This document shows positions 1 through 11,241 of a stretch of DNA of 64,000 nucleotides, one piece after another; position 1 is the first letter of the stretch, and each line of letters begins with the position of its first letter. The notes under the pieces are model-generated. The model ran no database searches and was not told the origin of the DNA. It was given only the letters and a program-made list of their open reading frames with translations. The position numbers and the translations under genes are program-made. The DNA is from Octopus bimaculoides (taxonomy: Eukaryota), in assembly GCF_001194135.2 (NCBI RefSeq), contig NC_068983.1, positions 61,224,934 through 61,288,933 on the forward strand, written 5' to 3'.

Positions 1-321
1 GTCGATTTGGCTAGAGTGTCTGCCGGAGCGGTAGGTGACTAGGTGACTGGCAGGTTTCCTGAAGTTGGTATTGCAGACCATAAGATCGGTTGCATCACAG
101 AACTCCAGCAGTCTGGTTCCCTCCTTGTTGCGGGAACCGAAGCCATAGCCTCCATGTATGCCATGGAAGCCTCCAGCACGACGTCCGACATGACCATTGA
201 AGTCTCCAGCCACAAAGAGAAGGTCCCTATCACTTGTCGACGAGGTAGTTTGCAAGAGGGTGTCATAGAATTGGTCTTTCAGACCATCTGGTAGCCCCGG
301 TTGAGGTGCATAGGCTGATGC
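1..321 (-). mobile_element. RTE-clade LINE, apurinic endonuclease domain; runs off the left edge of the window
   Basis: Reverse strand gives 107 stop-free codons: ASAYAPQPGLPDGLKDQFYDTLLQTTSS...LFVAGDFNGHVG...GYGFGSRNKEGTRLLEFCDATDLMVCNTNFRKPASHLVTYRSGRHSSQID. SAYAPQ, GDFNGHVG and SQID are typical of RTE/BovB APE domains. It has no start codon, so it is absent from the ORF track. Confidence 0.92.
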
Positions 322-574
322 AGATAATCTAGGACCTAGGTTTTGAAGTTTGCAAATTATGTTTGTTAACGTAAATTTGATTAGTTCTCATTGGCTAAAT
401 TCACCTAGACAAAATCTCAAATGTCACTACATCAATATCAGTATATACTTGTCTGAAACGCCTAGCTGTTAATAGACCGAGAACAGTGAAAAAGTTTTCA
501 AAGAAAAAATTATTAAATAGTGCAATACAGTAGTATTGCTTCCCAGTTAAACAAAGCACTATCAGGTTAAAGTG

Positions 575-669
<95 letters not shown>

Positions 670-680
670 ACACACACACA
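575..680. repeat. Compound (TG)n/(TA)n/(CA)n microsatellite
   Basis: Seen directly in the sequence. Confidence 0.95.
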
Positions 681-1445
681 AATGTGTAATGCTGTCTGTC
701 TGTGTGTATGTTTGGGGTTACTCTAACTCCTCTCACACCATCCGACCGATTTTAATGATTTTTGGCACATAGGTAGATCACATGTTATGATGTTCAAATA
801 AGGCCAGAATTTTTCGAAAACTCGATAATGCTCAGTTGGCATCAATTTTTGTGGCGTTTGAATGGAAATTCCCATAACGATGTTATTTTTCCTGCAGCTT
901 TTGCATATTCTGTCTGATTTTGATGAAAATCGATGAGTGAGCGAGGCTCAGGGCAGTGAGTTGATGTCAGTATATAGTGTTGACAAAAAATTGATAATTG
1001 CGCCTGAGCAGTGGTTTTATAAAATCAATAGCTTTTTTTTGTTGGGAAATACCCATAGGGATTTTATTTTTGGCCTTAACAGTTATATTTTCATGTAAAT
1101 GGTCACATAGATTCTATTTTATGACATAACCTTAACACTTTTCTTTGGATTTTGCTGAGATTGGACATGCTGATCAATTTTGTACAGAGGGTGGCATTAA
1201 GGGGAGAGAAATAAACATCACTTTCAACAGGTTGAGGTACACCCAAAAGTTTGACTGCGATTTCAGACGGTCCACTATGTAGGAGTATGTCAAAAGCATT
1301 AGCCGGATAAAATCCCTGCCGAACCAGATATAACATCTTAATGGGTAATAGTTAGAATGAGGAACGTAGAAGATTTCAATACAAGGTCACAGGTGGGCTT
1401 AACTTCAACATGGAAAACATGAGCAACGCTGAGTCCAACAGCTAG
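662..1445 (+). mobile_element. Probable non-autonomous Helitron (microsatellite-headed type); 5' boundary approximate
   Basis: Starts in a TA/CA run followed by (GTCT)n/(GT)n and CCGACCGATTTTAATGATTTTTGGCACA. Ends GAGCAACGCTGAGTCCAACAGCTAG|T, i.e. a short AGC-AAC-GCT hairpin then CTAG before a T, the usual Helitron 3' terminus. Confidence 0.6.
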
Positions 1446-1505
1446 TGTATATTGGAAATAAAAGTATGCAGTTAACATATGTGTTTTACTCCATTCACTA
1501 AATTT

Positions 1506-1540
1506 ATATATATATATATATATGTATGTATATATGTATG

Positions 1541-1574
<34 letters not shown>

Positions 1575-2019
1575 TGTATGTATATATGTATGTATGTATA
1601 GATGTATGTATGTATGTATGTATATATGTATGTNNNNNNNNNNNNNNNNNNNNNNNNNNNNNNNNNNNNNNNNNNNNNNNNNNNNNNNNNNNNNNNNNNN
1701 NNNNNNNNNNNNNNNNNNNNNNNNNNNNNNNNNNNNNNNNNNNNNNNNNNNNNNNNNNNNNNNNNNNNNNNNNNNNNNNNNNNNNNNNNNNNNNNNNNNN
1801 NNNNNNNNNNNNNNNNNNNNNNNNNNNNNNNNNNNNNNNNNNNNNNNNNNNNNNNNNNNNNNNNNNNNNNNNNNNNNNNNNNNNNNNNNNNNNNNNNNNN
1901 NNNNNNNNNNNNNNNNNNNNNNNNNNNNNNNNNNNNNNNNNNNNNNNNNNNNNNNNNNNNNNNNNNNNNNNNNNNNNNNNNNNNNNNNNNNNNNNNNNNN
2001 NNNNNNNNNNNNNNNNNNN

Positions 2020-2063
<44 letters not shown>
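1506..2063. repeat. (TA)n/(TATG)n microsatellite interrupted by an assembly gap (N 1634-2019)
   Basis: Seen directly in the sequence. Confidence 0.95.
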
Positions 2064-2068
<5 letters not shown>

Positions 2069-2940
2069 ATTATTTTAATGTCTACTTTTCCATGCTTGGA
2101 TGGGTAATTATATATATATATGGGTGGGGTTTGTAGATACATACATACATGCATACATACATACACACACATAGACATTGTGTGTGTGCATGTATGTGTG
2201 TATGTATAAATGTTTACGATTTGGGCTGTAATTACAGAAACAGAATGTATGTGTAAATGTGTGCGAAGGTTTTCAAATATCATCTATTGTCATACAATGA
2301 TATCTTGACCTTTTCAAAGCCAACATTGTGTTGTTAATGATAGTCCTCTACAAAGTAATGTGTGTCCAGTGTAGACCAACAGGATAATGCTATCCTCCAT
2401 TCTGTATTACTACAGTTAATGTCACATTGCTGCACTTTTCTGAATGGCATTTGTATTTTGATAGTTTAGTAGTATTTTATCATTCATCATCATCATCACC
2501 ACCACCACCACTACCACCACCACATCTGCTGCTGGTGTCTCTATCATTGCTGAAGTTACACAGCCACTGCTGCCAGCACCACCATGCTCCCCCCCGACTT
2601 CTCCCTCTCCTCCTCCACCACACTTACCATTCCTACCAACCACTGACTCCACTACCACTGCTGCCATGACCATCGCCATCACCACTGCTTTTGGTGCTCT
2701 TGCACTACCACCACCATAACATAACTAGAATTTTTGTTTTGTAGTTTTTCCTTTTAGTTTCTCTCCCAACACCTCCTTTCTTCTCCTTCCTCTCCCGTCT
2801 CTTTCTTTCTTTTTTTTCCTGTCTTCATTTCTTTTCAAATTATTCAGTTTCAGACATAATTAGTTCTGCTGTCACAGCATTTTTCGCTAAAATGTCCTGG
2901 AGTGATTTTTCCTCCTAGACCTGTCTGCCACATCAGAATT

Positions 2941-3213
2941 GATACTGGTGGTGGTGCCACATAAAAAGCACTGGTGTTGGTTCTACATAAAAAGTCACCT
3001 GTGCTGGTGTTATGTTAAAAGCACTGGTGCTGATGTCACATAAAATGCACCCAGTAAACTCTGTGAAGTGGTTGGCATCAGGAAGGACATCCCACTGCAG
3101 AAGCCATGCTAAAACAGAGACAATGAAGCCTGGTGCAGCACGTGGCTTTACCAGCTCTGTTCAAACCCATGCCAGCATAGAAAACAGACATTAAATGATG
3201 ATAATGATGATGA
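2941..3213 (+). mobile_element. Old RTE-LINE 3' UTR/tail fragment
   Basis: GTGGTTGGCATCAGGAAGGACATCC...CAAACCCATGCCAGCATAGAAAACAGACATTAAATGATGATAATGATG; same family as copies at 10501, 11624, 20767 and 41860. Confidence 0.75.
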
Positions 3214-3424
3214 CATGGCGTGTATGGCACCCCTGCTTTTAATGGCTGCATTAGCAACATAAATAAAATAGAATGTACACCACTAGATCCATGGAGTATA
3301 TGGTGCACTCTATGGTGCTTGTATATCCCTCAGTACCTCTGCTAGTCACTGTACTGTATGTCATAGCCAGTTTTGAGAGTAGCGTGTAGTTTTTCCACGA
3401 CTTTTAGTGATCAATGAATGTTAT

Positions 3425-3600
3425 AGCTTGTTGTTTAACCCCAGGTCATCCTTGATTGAGCTGATCTATGAGCAGTGGGAATTCAACTGTTTTATCCTGT
3501 CTGTAATTTAAGGAATACATTATATCTAAAATGACCTTTTTTTTTAAGGTAGTATGGTTGATTTAATTGAGATTTGGCTACTATTTCTAGTTGTTCAAGA
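3425..3600 (-). repeat. Dispersed ~190-bp repeat family ending in CTAAACAACAAC (LINE/SINE tail-like)
   Basis: Reverse complement matches CTAGAAATAGCAGCCAAATCTC...GATCAGGG...GGGGCTAAACAACAA seen at 11920, 14130, 23395, 26930, 35835 and 60890. Confidence 0.6.
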
Positions 3601-3926
3601 GATTGCATGGAAGCCTTTTAGTTGGCCATAAGGAAGCTCTCATACAAAGATGAAATAAGAGAGTATTGTAGTTCGCTTGAAGCATTGTGTATTGTTTGTA
3701 AAGAATAAAAAGTTTAGAAAGGTATAACAATGCACTATAGAACAAAAAATGGACTATATACCTGTTGTAACTTGGTTATCTATAGTCCGATGATATTTCG
3801 GAATTACAATTCCTTCTTCAGATCTTATTTGCTGGACTCCAGCAAATAAGATCTAAATATGAAATATCATATGTACTTATTCATTGAGTAAATATTACAT
3901 GTATTGACACATACCAATAATATTTA

Positions 3927-5122
3927 TTAGGTTATCAAGAAAGTTCTTGTGGTTTTTAACCTTTAAATTCAGATGCACATATCTTGGTTCAAACAACATT
4001 TATTAATCGAAATAAACACCATCAGAATCAACACACTTTTTCCAACGTGAAACAAGTTTATTTATGCCAGTAGTGTAAAAATCCTGCGTTCTTGTGGCGA
4101 CGAAGTTGTTGAAGGCATGTTTGACATCGTCTTGGTTTTTGAAGCATTTCTTACACAGGAAGTTGTCAAGATGCTTGAAAAGGTGGTAGTTGGTAGGCGA
4201 GAGGTCTGATGAGTATGGCGGATGAGGCAGAGTTTCGTAACCCAATTTGTTCAACTTCTGCAGGGTCAGTTGTATGACGTGTTGTACGAGCGTTGTTGTG
4301 GAGAAGAATTGGTTCTTTTCTACTGACCAGTGCTGGCTGTTGTTGTCGGAGTTTCTTATGCATTTCATCCATTTGCTGACAGTAATTCCCTGCCTTAATG
4401 GTTTCGCCTGGATCCAAACTGGTGCAACTTTGGCTTCGGGAAGTGCCATGGAGATTCGTCAACGTCCAACCACTGAGCTGAGCATCACCGGTTGTCATAA
4501 AGAATCCACGGGTCGTTCTTGTTGCATAAAAAAAGGGATGACGACACTTCAAAACGGCATTTTTTTGATTGTCGTTCAATTCATGCGGCACCCATTTCTC
4601 AAGTATTTTTGTTTTTCCAATCTCTTTCAAGTGGTTGGAAATTGTCGTATACGTTATGTCTAATTCAGAAGCAAGCTCTCGAACAGTTGTGAGTGGATTG
4701 GCTTTGACTAAGGCTCTTAGTTGATCGTTGTCAACATCCGATGGCTGACCACTACGCTTATCATCTTCGAGACTCTTATCACCGCTACGAAATTTCTTGA
4801 GCCACCATTGTGGTGTACGTTCATTAGTGGTTCCTGGGCCAAACGCATCGTTGATATTGTGAGCTGCTTCAGCAGCTTTTCGGCCTAGCTTGAACTGGAA
4901 TAAGAAAATTGTGCGAATTTGCTTTTTGTCCATGTTATTTTCAATATTCTGGAAAAAATGGCTTAATTATTCAAAAAGAAAAAGAGTAACACAATTAGAT
5001 AGAGCGAAAAATGGGCTTTAAAATGATATATAAAGTCAAGGTAATTTAATAAAAATTAATTTGAAAATACATCGTTTAAAACCAAAATTAAAAATTCCGC
5101 AAGAACTTTCTTGACTGCCTAT
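3927..5122 (-). mobile_element. Mariner DNA transposon (Hsmar1/cecropia-like), both ends present, internally deleted
   Basis: Imperfect TIRs TTAGGTTATCAAGAAAGTTCTTGTGG (3927) and reverse-complement ATAGGCAGTCAAGAAAGTTCTTGCGG (5122). TA target duplication at 3925-3926 and 5123-5124. Transposase motifs WVPHEL, HNNAR, LPHPPYSSDLSPTNYHLFKHL, GVYFD*. Confidence 0.93.
4003..4933 (-). pseudogene. Mariner transposase pseudogene (frameshifts, deletions)
   Basis: ORFs 4166..4933 and 4003..4449 carry the N- and C-terminal parts in different frames. The segment expected to hold the first catalytic Asp (TCDEKW) is missing and the second motif reads HNNAR. Confidence 0.9.
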
Positions 5123-5364
5123 TAGTTTTTAGCTGAAAGCCTATTCTCCTGCTTCATTTCATGTTTGTCAATTTGTTTTGTAATTTGTGTTACCATCCAA
5201 TTTTCCATTTGATTTCGTTGTAAATTTTTATATCTCATATTATGTGTCTGACCCCAAATCAGGCTGTATTGTCCCCTCTATGTTGGCCTCATGTGAGCAA
5301 TAAAGAAACAAGTTGTAATAAATTAGTTATGGTTTTCTTAAAATGTCATCTGTTTCTTTTATAG

Positions 5365-5403
5365 ATTCAATGGACTAAACTGAAAACACAGCCCATCTGC
5401 CTG
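5365..5403 (+). CDS. BLTP3B: BLTP3 coding exon (39 nt, phase 0/0): IQWTKLKTQPICL
   Basis: ttttatag| acceptor, |gtaagt donor; matches recalled human IPWTKLKTHPICL. Confidence 0.9.
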
Positions 5404-5452
5404 GTAAGTAACTACATGTATGTATGTTTGTATGTGTGTTTGTATGTGTGTT

Positions 5453-5460
<8 letters not shown>

Positions 5461-5509
<49 letters not shown>
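5461..5509. repeat. (GA)n microsatellite
   Basis: Seen directly in the sequence. Confidence 0.95.
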
Positions 5510-5514
<5 letters not shown>

Positions 5515-5948
5515 TATATTGGTATGTGTGTGTCAGTGGGTTTGTATGTATATATATACATTTGTATATATGATTTTGTGTAGATTTGTGTATGTTTTGC
5601 AGAGTGTTATTGCTTGATCCCTCAATTTATGCTTATCTTTCTACTCTGCTGTAAATTATGAGATTTTCCATATATGACATATATTTTTAATTTCTGAAAG
5701 AAAGATGTATTCAATTTTAATGAAGTAATCCACGAAGTTGTGGTGGATATATAGTATAGAAAATATGATATAAAACAGTAGAAACAGAATTCACTTGATG
5801 TAGCAAATCAATATGTATGGATGGATTAGGATAAAATTGCTTCTGAATAAGCATGCTCTTTTTGAAAACTTTCTGTACTCTGTTGCAAAAATACAGCTAT
5901 TTATGATCACCTTTTACGAATGTTGATGTATTTTCTTGTGAATTCTAG

Positions 5949-6034
5949 TACCTGGATGAAGTCGTTTTGGAAGTGGAAACATGTGAAGAACCAAGATCTC
6001 CAAACAATCCTCAAATGCCGACTTCTAATGTCAG
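5949..6034 (+). CDS. BLTP3B: BLTP3 coding exon (86 nt): YLDEVVLEVETCEEPRSPNNPQMPTSNV
   Basis: ttctag| acceptor, |gtgagt donor; TCEEPRSP motif. Confidence 0.9.
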
Positions 6035-6834
6035 GTGAGTAGTTGAGTTAGTGTTTCCAAATAAAATATTATATGGTGTGAGTTATATTGTATGTATGCT
6101 GTAGTAGCATGCTTTCCCTGATATCAGTCTGAGAGTGAATTTCACTCTTTTTAGAATTAATTTTAACTTCAGAAAAAAACGGTATAATTAGACCAATTTA
6201 AAACTGGATCATTATTTCAAAAACACTTCTCCCATTGATATTGTGATTCTAGATCTATTAAGTCCTCATTTTGGCATAGAATATTAACCAGCTTCAATCT
6301 TACATTCCACTTTCCTTTTAACTAAATAGACCTGATGCATCACATCATATTCAATTTCTAATTCCCCTGATAACATTTATATCTTTTTTTTTTTTTTGCA
6401 TGTAGTTCCCAGTTATCCATTTACCAGCAACTAATCTGTGTTGGTTCAAAAATGAACATCAAAACAGCTTATTACTCTTGTTTATAAACCTGAGGTATTC
6501 TGTGTATGTAAGAAATCAATATTCTTTTTATTGATGGTGGTGGGTGACACAGTCAATTGAGCACTGACAATAGAGCACTCATATTTAGATCAGTTTCTTT
6601 AACACTCTGAGTTCAACTTCTGCTGGGGTTAATTTTGACTTTGCCATTCATCTCTCAAGGGTTGATAAAATAAACACTAGTAGTTTGTGAGTGTACTACT
6701 GATAAAATGACTTGTCAATAAAAGTATTGATCAATAAAAGTATTGATCAATAAAAGTACTTATCTCAATCTATCAGTTCTGAAATAGTCTCCAGTTTTGT
6801 GTGTCCTGAGAGTGTTGTCATTGTTGTTATCACT

Positions 6835-6873
6835 GTCTGTCTGTCTGTCTGCCTGTCTGCCTGTCTGCCTGCC

Positions 6874-6909
<36 letters not shown>

Positions 6910-7090
6910 NNNNNNNNNNNNNNNNNNNNNNNNNNNNNNNNNNNNNNNNNNNNNNNNNNNNNNNNNNNNNNNNNNNNNNNNNNNNNNNNNNNNNNNNNNN
7001 NNNNNNNNNNNNNNNNNNNNNNNNNNNNNNNNCTGCCTGCCTGCCTGCCTGCGTGCGTGTGTGTGTGTGTGTGTGTGTGCGTGTGTGTGT
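6835..7090. repeat. (TCTG)n/(CCTG)n/(TG)n microsatellite with gap (N 6910-7032)
   Basis: Seen directly in the sequence. Confidence 0.95.
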
Positions 7091-7659
7091 GCTGGTATGA
7101 ATTAGATGACATTGCTACTTAGGCCCTTGTCATTTTATCTTGTGAAGCCCATCATCCTGAAACTTGACCTCTATCCTTTTATTGACTTCATTATTCTTGT
7201 TCCATATCATTCGTTTAGGAGTGATGCTAGTCAAGTTTGTAATAGTGTTACCATGTCACTGAAGACTGAGTTTTTGAATTCTCCTCTACCACATTCTTAG
7301 CAGTAATCATCATTGCCACCGTCACCACACCACTATCATCACCATCATCACTTCTACAACCATACCCCACCACGATCATTTTTTGTCCATTTTTTTCCCC
7401 CAAATTGGCATGAGTTGGATTAAATTCATTTAGGCTGTATCCTATGGCCAGATAACCCTTCCTATCACCAACCCCCTTTTTTGCAAGTAAGATATTTTTT
7501 GCATTGGTTTTCACTTGATAGAAATGATGAAACCATCAAGCTTTGTCATGTTAATTTATAGGAGACATAAGCAATATCACTGTTTTGCTTTGTGAAGACA
7601 TGTGGAAAGCAAATATTTCTATAAGCATATATGCACACACACATCCACCCACACACATA

Positions 7660-7770
7660 TATCTATCAATCGACCGACTGATCGATCCATCGATCAATCC
7701 ATCCATCAATCCATTGATCCACCCATCCATCCATCCGTCCGTCCGTCTGTCCATCCATACATACATATAA
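7660..7770. repeat. (ATCG)/(ATCC)/(GTCC) tetranucleotide microsatellite mosaic
   Basis: Seen directly in the sequence. Confidence 0.85.
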
Positions 7771-8556
7771 TAGGCATCCATGCAGTTTTTATTTACCAAA
7801 TTTCATTCACAATGTGTTGACTGACCTGAAGCTAGAGGAGTAGGCCACATAGCAAGACTAAATCTGAAACCACATAGTTTAGAAGTGAACCCCTTACTCC
7901 ATACAACCATGACACAGTGGCAATAACATTCTTAATTCTTTCTAAAGCTTTTATTGTTAGGTTGCTTTTAAATGTAAAATAAATGCCAGTAGACATCCTA
8001 AGGGAGACAGAAGCATGTTTGTCCAAAAACAAAGTGGAGAAGATTCACAGAAACTGAAACACTGACAGCAGTTACATCTGGGCACAACTGCAGTCCATTG
8101 CCAAAGATTGAGACAGGTGGGGATCTCTTGTTGGTGTCCTATGCTCTACGTTAGGTCAAAGGAATGGATGATGATGGTGAAATACAATTAGTAGTGTTAA
8201 AAAACGCAGAGAGAGGAGGCTGGTATTTATTTTACTGACACATGGAAGGATGAAAGGTTAAGTTATCTCCAGACAGAATTTGAACTCAAAATAGAGATAG
8301 ATCATATAGTTTGTTGTGTATAACATATGGACATAGCTTAGTGTGTAGCACATAACACAGAGACTTAGTTACATCAGCTAAATATATAAACACACATGGG
8401 TGGGGGCATTACATGTGTAATACAAAGTGTGTAACACAGACCTAGGATTTTATTTTTTGTACAAATGAAACGTTTATCAGTATTAAGTTGAACTAACTGA
8501 AATGTGATGTGTATGTGTCATCTGTCCTTTACTTTCATCTGATTCTATACATGAAG

Positions 8557-8662
8557 GCCGGGGAAATATGGTTTTGTGGAACGAGCTATTGATGGAATCT
8601 ATGTTCACATTAATTCAGTCCAAGTCAACTTCCGCTCGAAAACATTCCAGGCATCCTTGCAG
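8557..8662 (+). CDS. BLTP3B: BLTP3 coding exon (106 nt): PGKYGFVERAIDGIYVHINSVQVNFRSKTFQASLQ
   Basis: AAG acceptor, |gtgagt donor, phase 2/0 fits neighbours; resembles recalled human EYGFAEKVVEGISVSVNS. Confidence 0.88.
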
Positions 8663-9082
8663 GTGAGTAAAGCGGTTTTTATTGTTAGTGACTAAATATG
8701 TAAAATATTTCTGTGTACTTTGCTGGTCTGTAAGACATCAATCCTGCTGAGAGTGGATGAGTGGCATCCTCATCATTTTTGTTGTCATTACCACCCTTAC
8801 ATGAACATCCATGATGTGATGTCATACCTCTGAATAAGAATAACCCACTAAGAACAAGGGTTAATCCATGAATAGCCTGGAACAAAGACTGCCACAATTC
8901 ACATAGAACAAAGAGTTGTTCCAGAAATCCTTTTGTTATTTTCTACTAAGACCAAAAAATAAAACTCATTAGCATCATCATCATTGTTGTTGTTTTTGCC
9001 TTTAACATTTTATATATCAAATTTACAGTTGAGACATGTAATGACAATCTGTTTTACTGTTTATTTCCTTTTTCATTATTAG

Positions 9083-9326
9083 ATGTCTCGGGTGAAAGTT
9101 CACAGTGTGACCCCAACCTGGCAGGTCACATCTGACCTCCGTGTCACTCGCTTAAAAGACATTTCTCGAGGGGAGGTGATAATCTTTAAAGAGGTTGATT
9201 GGCAAGCAACTCGCATCGAAGCTCAAGCAGTTGACACGATGATGAAGGGAGTGATAACTCAAACACCAATTAGACTAATTGCCAATCAGGCCAAATTAAG
9301 GATTGCTGTGAAGAAAAATATGAATG
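9083..9326 (+). CDS. BLTP3B: BLTP3 coding exon (244 nt): MSRVKVHSV...FKEVDWQATRIEA...KKNMN
   Basis: ttattag| acceptor, |gtaaga donor; ORF 9083..9352. Confidence 0.93.
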
Positions 9327-9495
9327 GTAAGAGTATTCCAGATTTTTCATAATTTTATATCTTTAGAGTTTTGTTTTGTTTTGTTTTCTTTGGAAGGCCT
9401 TCACAATGGTGGGTAAATGATTTATTTAAGCAATTTGGGTCAGGATGGAAAATATTAAGACAGAATTGTATGTATGTTTATGTGTCTTGTTTCAG

Positions 9496-9659
9496 ATTGT
9501 AGCATTGTTTCATCCCGAGTGATCCTGTTGCTAGATGATCTGCTATGGGTGCTAACTGAAACACAATTGAAGGCAGCTTTGCTGTATGCAACATCACTAC
9601 AGGAAGTCATTGAGAAATCTGCTCGACAAAGCAAGCAACTAGCAGCAGAGAAGTTAAAG
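9496..9659 (+). CDS. BLTP3B: BLTP3 coding exon (164 nt): CSIVSSRVILLLDDLLWVLTETQLK...EKLK
   Basis: tttcag| acceptor, |gtatgt donor; conserved LDDLLWVLT. Confidence 0.93.
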
Positions 9660-10004
9660 GTATGTTATTTTTTTCTCTTTATCTTATTATCTCATATTTA
9701 ACCCTTTAGCATTCAGATTACTCTGCCAGATGTAATGCATATTTATTAACATTGTTTTAAATGCATTATTTCATAGTAATGAGATTTCAATGATGTGATT
9801 GTTTAATATTTACTATGACATAGTTGAATGGATATGAGAGGCTGGATCTGGCCAGTTTAAACACAAAACAGAATATTTGGGCAGGATATAGCTGGTCTAA
9901 ATGCTAAAGAGTTAATATCCCATTTCTTATTTTTTCTGTAGGTTTGTTTTTGGATTTTTTTTTCATTGCCATTCATTTTTCTGAGTTCAAATCCCACTGA
10001 ATAA

Positions 10005-10227
10005 ATTCTTTTATTCTTTTACTTGTTTCAGTCATCTTACTGCAGCCATGCTAGAGCACCGCCTTTAGTTGAACAAATCGCCCCCTGAACTTATTCTTTG
10101 TAAGCCTAGTACTTATTCTATCGGTCTCTTTTGCCGAACTGCTAATTTATGGGGACGTAAACACACCAACATCGGTTGTCAAGTGATGTTGGGGGGCAAA
10201 CACAGACACACAAACATACACACACAT

Positions 10228-10284
<57 letters not shown>

Positions 10285-10450
10285 TACGACGGGCTTCCTT
10301 CAGTTTCCGTCCACCAAATCCACTCACAAGGCTTTGGTCGGCCCGAGGCTATAGTAGAAGACACTTGCTCAAGGTGACATGCAGTGGGACTGAACCCGGA
10401 ACCATGTGGTTGGTAAGCAAGCTACTTACCACACAGCCACGTCTGCACCT
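10005..10450 (-). mobile_element. tRNA-derived SINE, family 1 (near full length)
   Basis: Reverse strand: A-box-like TGGCTGTGTGG, B-box-like GGTTCAGTCCC, central (TA)/(TG) microsatellite, tail GACTGAAACAAGTAAAAGAATAAAAGAAT. Related copies near 12955, 17140, 20000, 22535 and 27550. Confidence 0.85.
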
Positions 10451-10500
10451 ATGCCATGCCTGTAGTACACTCTCGGAGTATACTACACTCTTGGAGTATA

Positions 10501-10650
10501 CTACACTCTCGGAGTGGTTGGCATTAGGAAGGGCATCCAGCTGTAGAAACTCTGCCAGATCAGATTGAAGTCTGGTGTAGCCATCTGGTTCGCCACTCCC
10601 CACTCAAATCATCCAACCCATGCTAGCAAGGAAAGCGGACGTTAAACGAC

Positions 10651-10680
<30 letters not shown>
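10501..10680 (+). mobile_element. Young 5'-truncated RTE-LINE 3' tail ending in (GAT)n
   Basis: CTACACTCTCGGAGTGGTTGGCATTAGGAAGGGCATCC...GCGGACGTTAAACGACGATGATGATG. Confidence 0.85.
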
Positions 10681-10682
<2 letters not shown>

Positions 10683-10949
10683 AACATTGTGCTTCGTGGG
10701 GACTGGCATGTCAAAGAAAAGACTCAACATTACCTCTGCATGTTGTAAAAAGCAATTAAAAGACAATAGAGGTAGGATTTGCACTCTGACCTTGTAAAAC
10801 CCTCACTGGCAACGACTACCAACACCAAACCAACCCAACCCATTGGTTGGAGGGTTGTTGCCCAAGCAGTGCTAAGGTGTCATCCACCAGGAGTAGGGAA
10901 TCACCAACAAATAGTGGTAGATGCAGCAACACACTGTTACGGCGCATGC

Positions 10950-10954
10950 CTCCA

Positions 10955-11005
<51 letters not shown>
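10950..11005. repeat. (CTA)n(CTG)n trinucleotide repeat
   Basis: Seen directly in the sequence. Confidence 0.9.
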
Positions 11006-11006
<1 letters not shown>

Positions 11007-11241
11007 ACATTTAACATTGATCTTGCATGACATTGACTCATTCATGACTTGAATATTTATTCTCAACTGACGATTAGCTATTGATATTATTTCATAGGGT
11101 AATTAATATTGATTGTTTTCATTGAGTGATTAATATTGATTGTAATTATTGTCATCAAAAACTTGAGAAAGTACAGTCTAATATTGAGTTCTGTTATTCT
11201 CATGTGAACTGGGCTACAGATTTTCACTTCAATATTTTCAG

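Noticed and set aside
401-2283. Long ORF-track entries rich in YI/YV/CM dipeptides
   Set aside because: Translations of microsatellites and N-gaps, not genes
2422-2720. His/Pro- or Val/Gly-rich ORFs on both strands
   Set aside because: Arise from degenerate (CAC)/(CAT) repeats; no splice context linking them to BLTP3
1446-5364. Search for the BLTP3 N-terminal exons (MAGIIKKQILKHL..., FTKNLS...)
   Set aside because: No matching frame found; they most likely lie upstream of the window or in a gap
8526-8533. TCCTTTAC resembling a U12 branch site
   Set aside because: The matching donor is GTGAGT (U2 type), not GTATCCT
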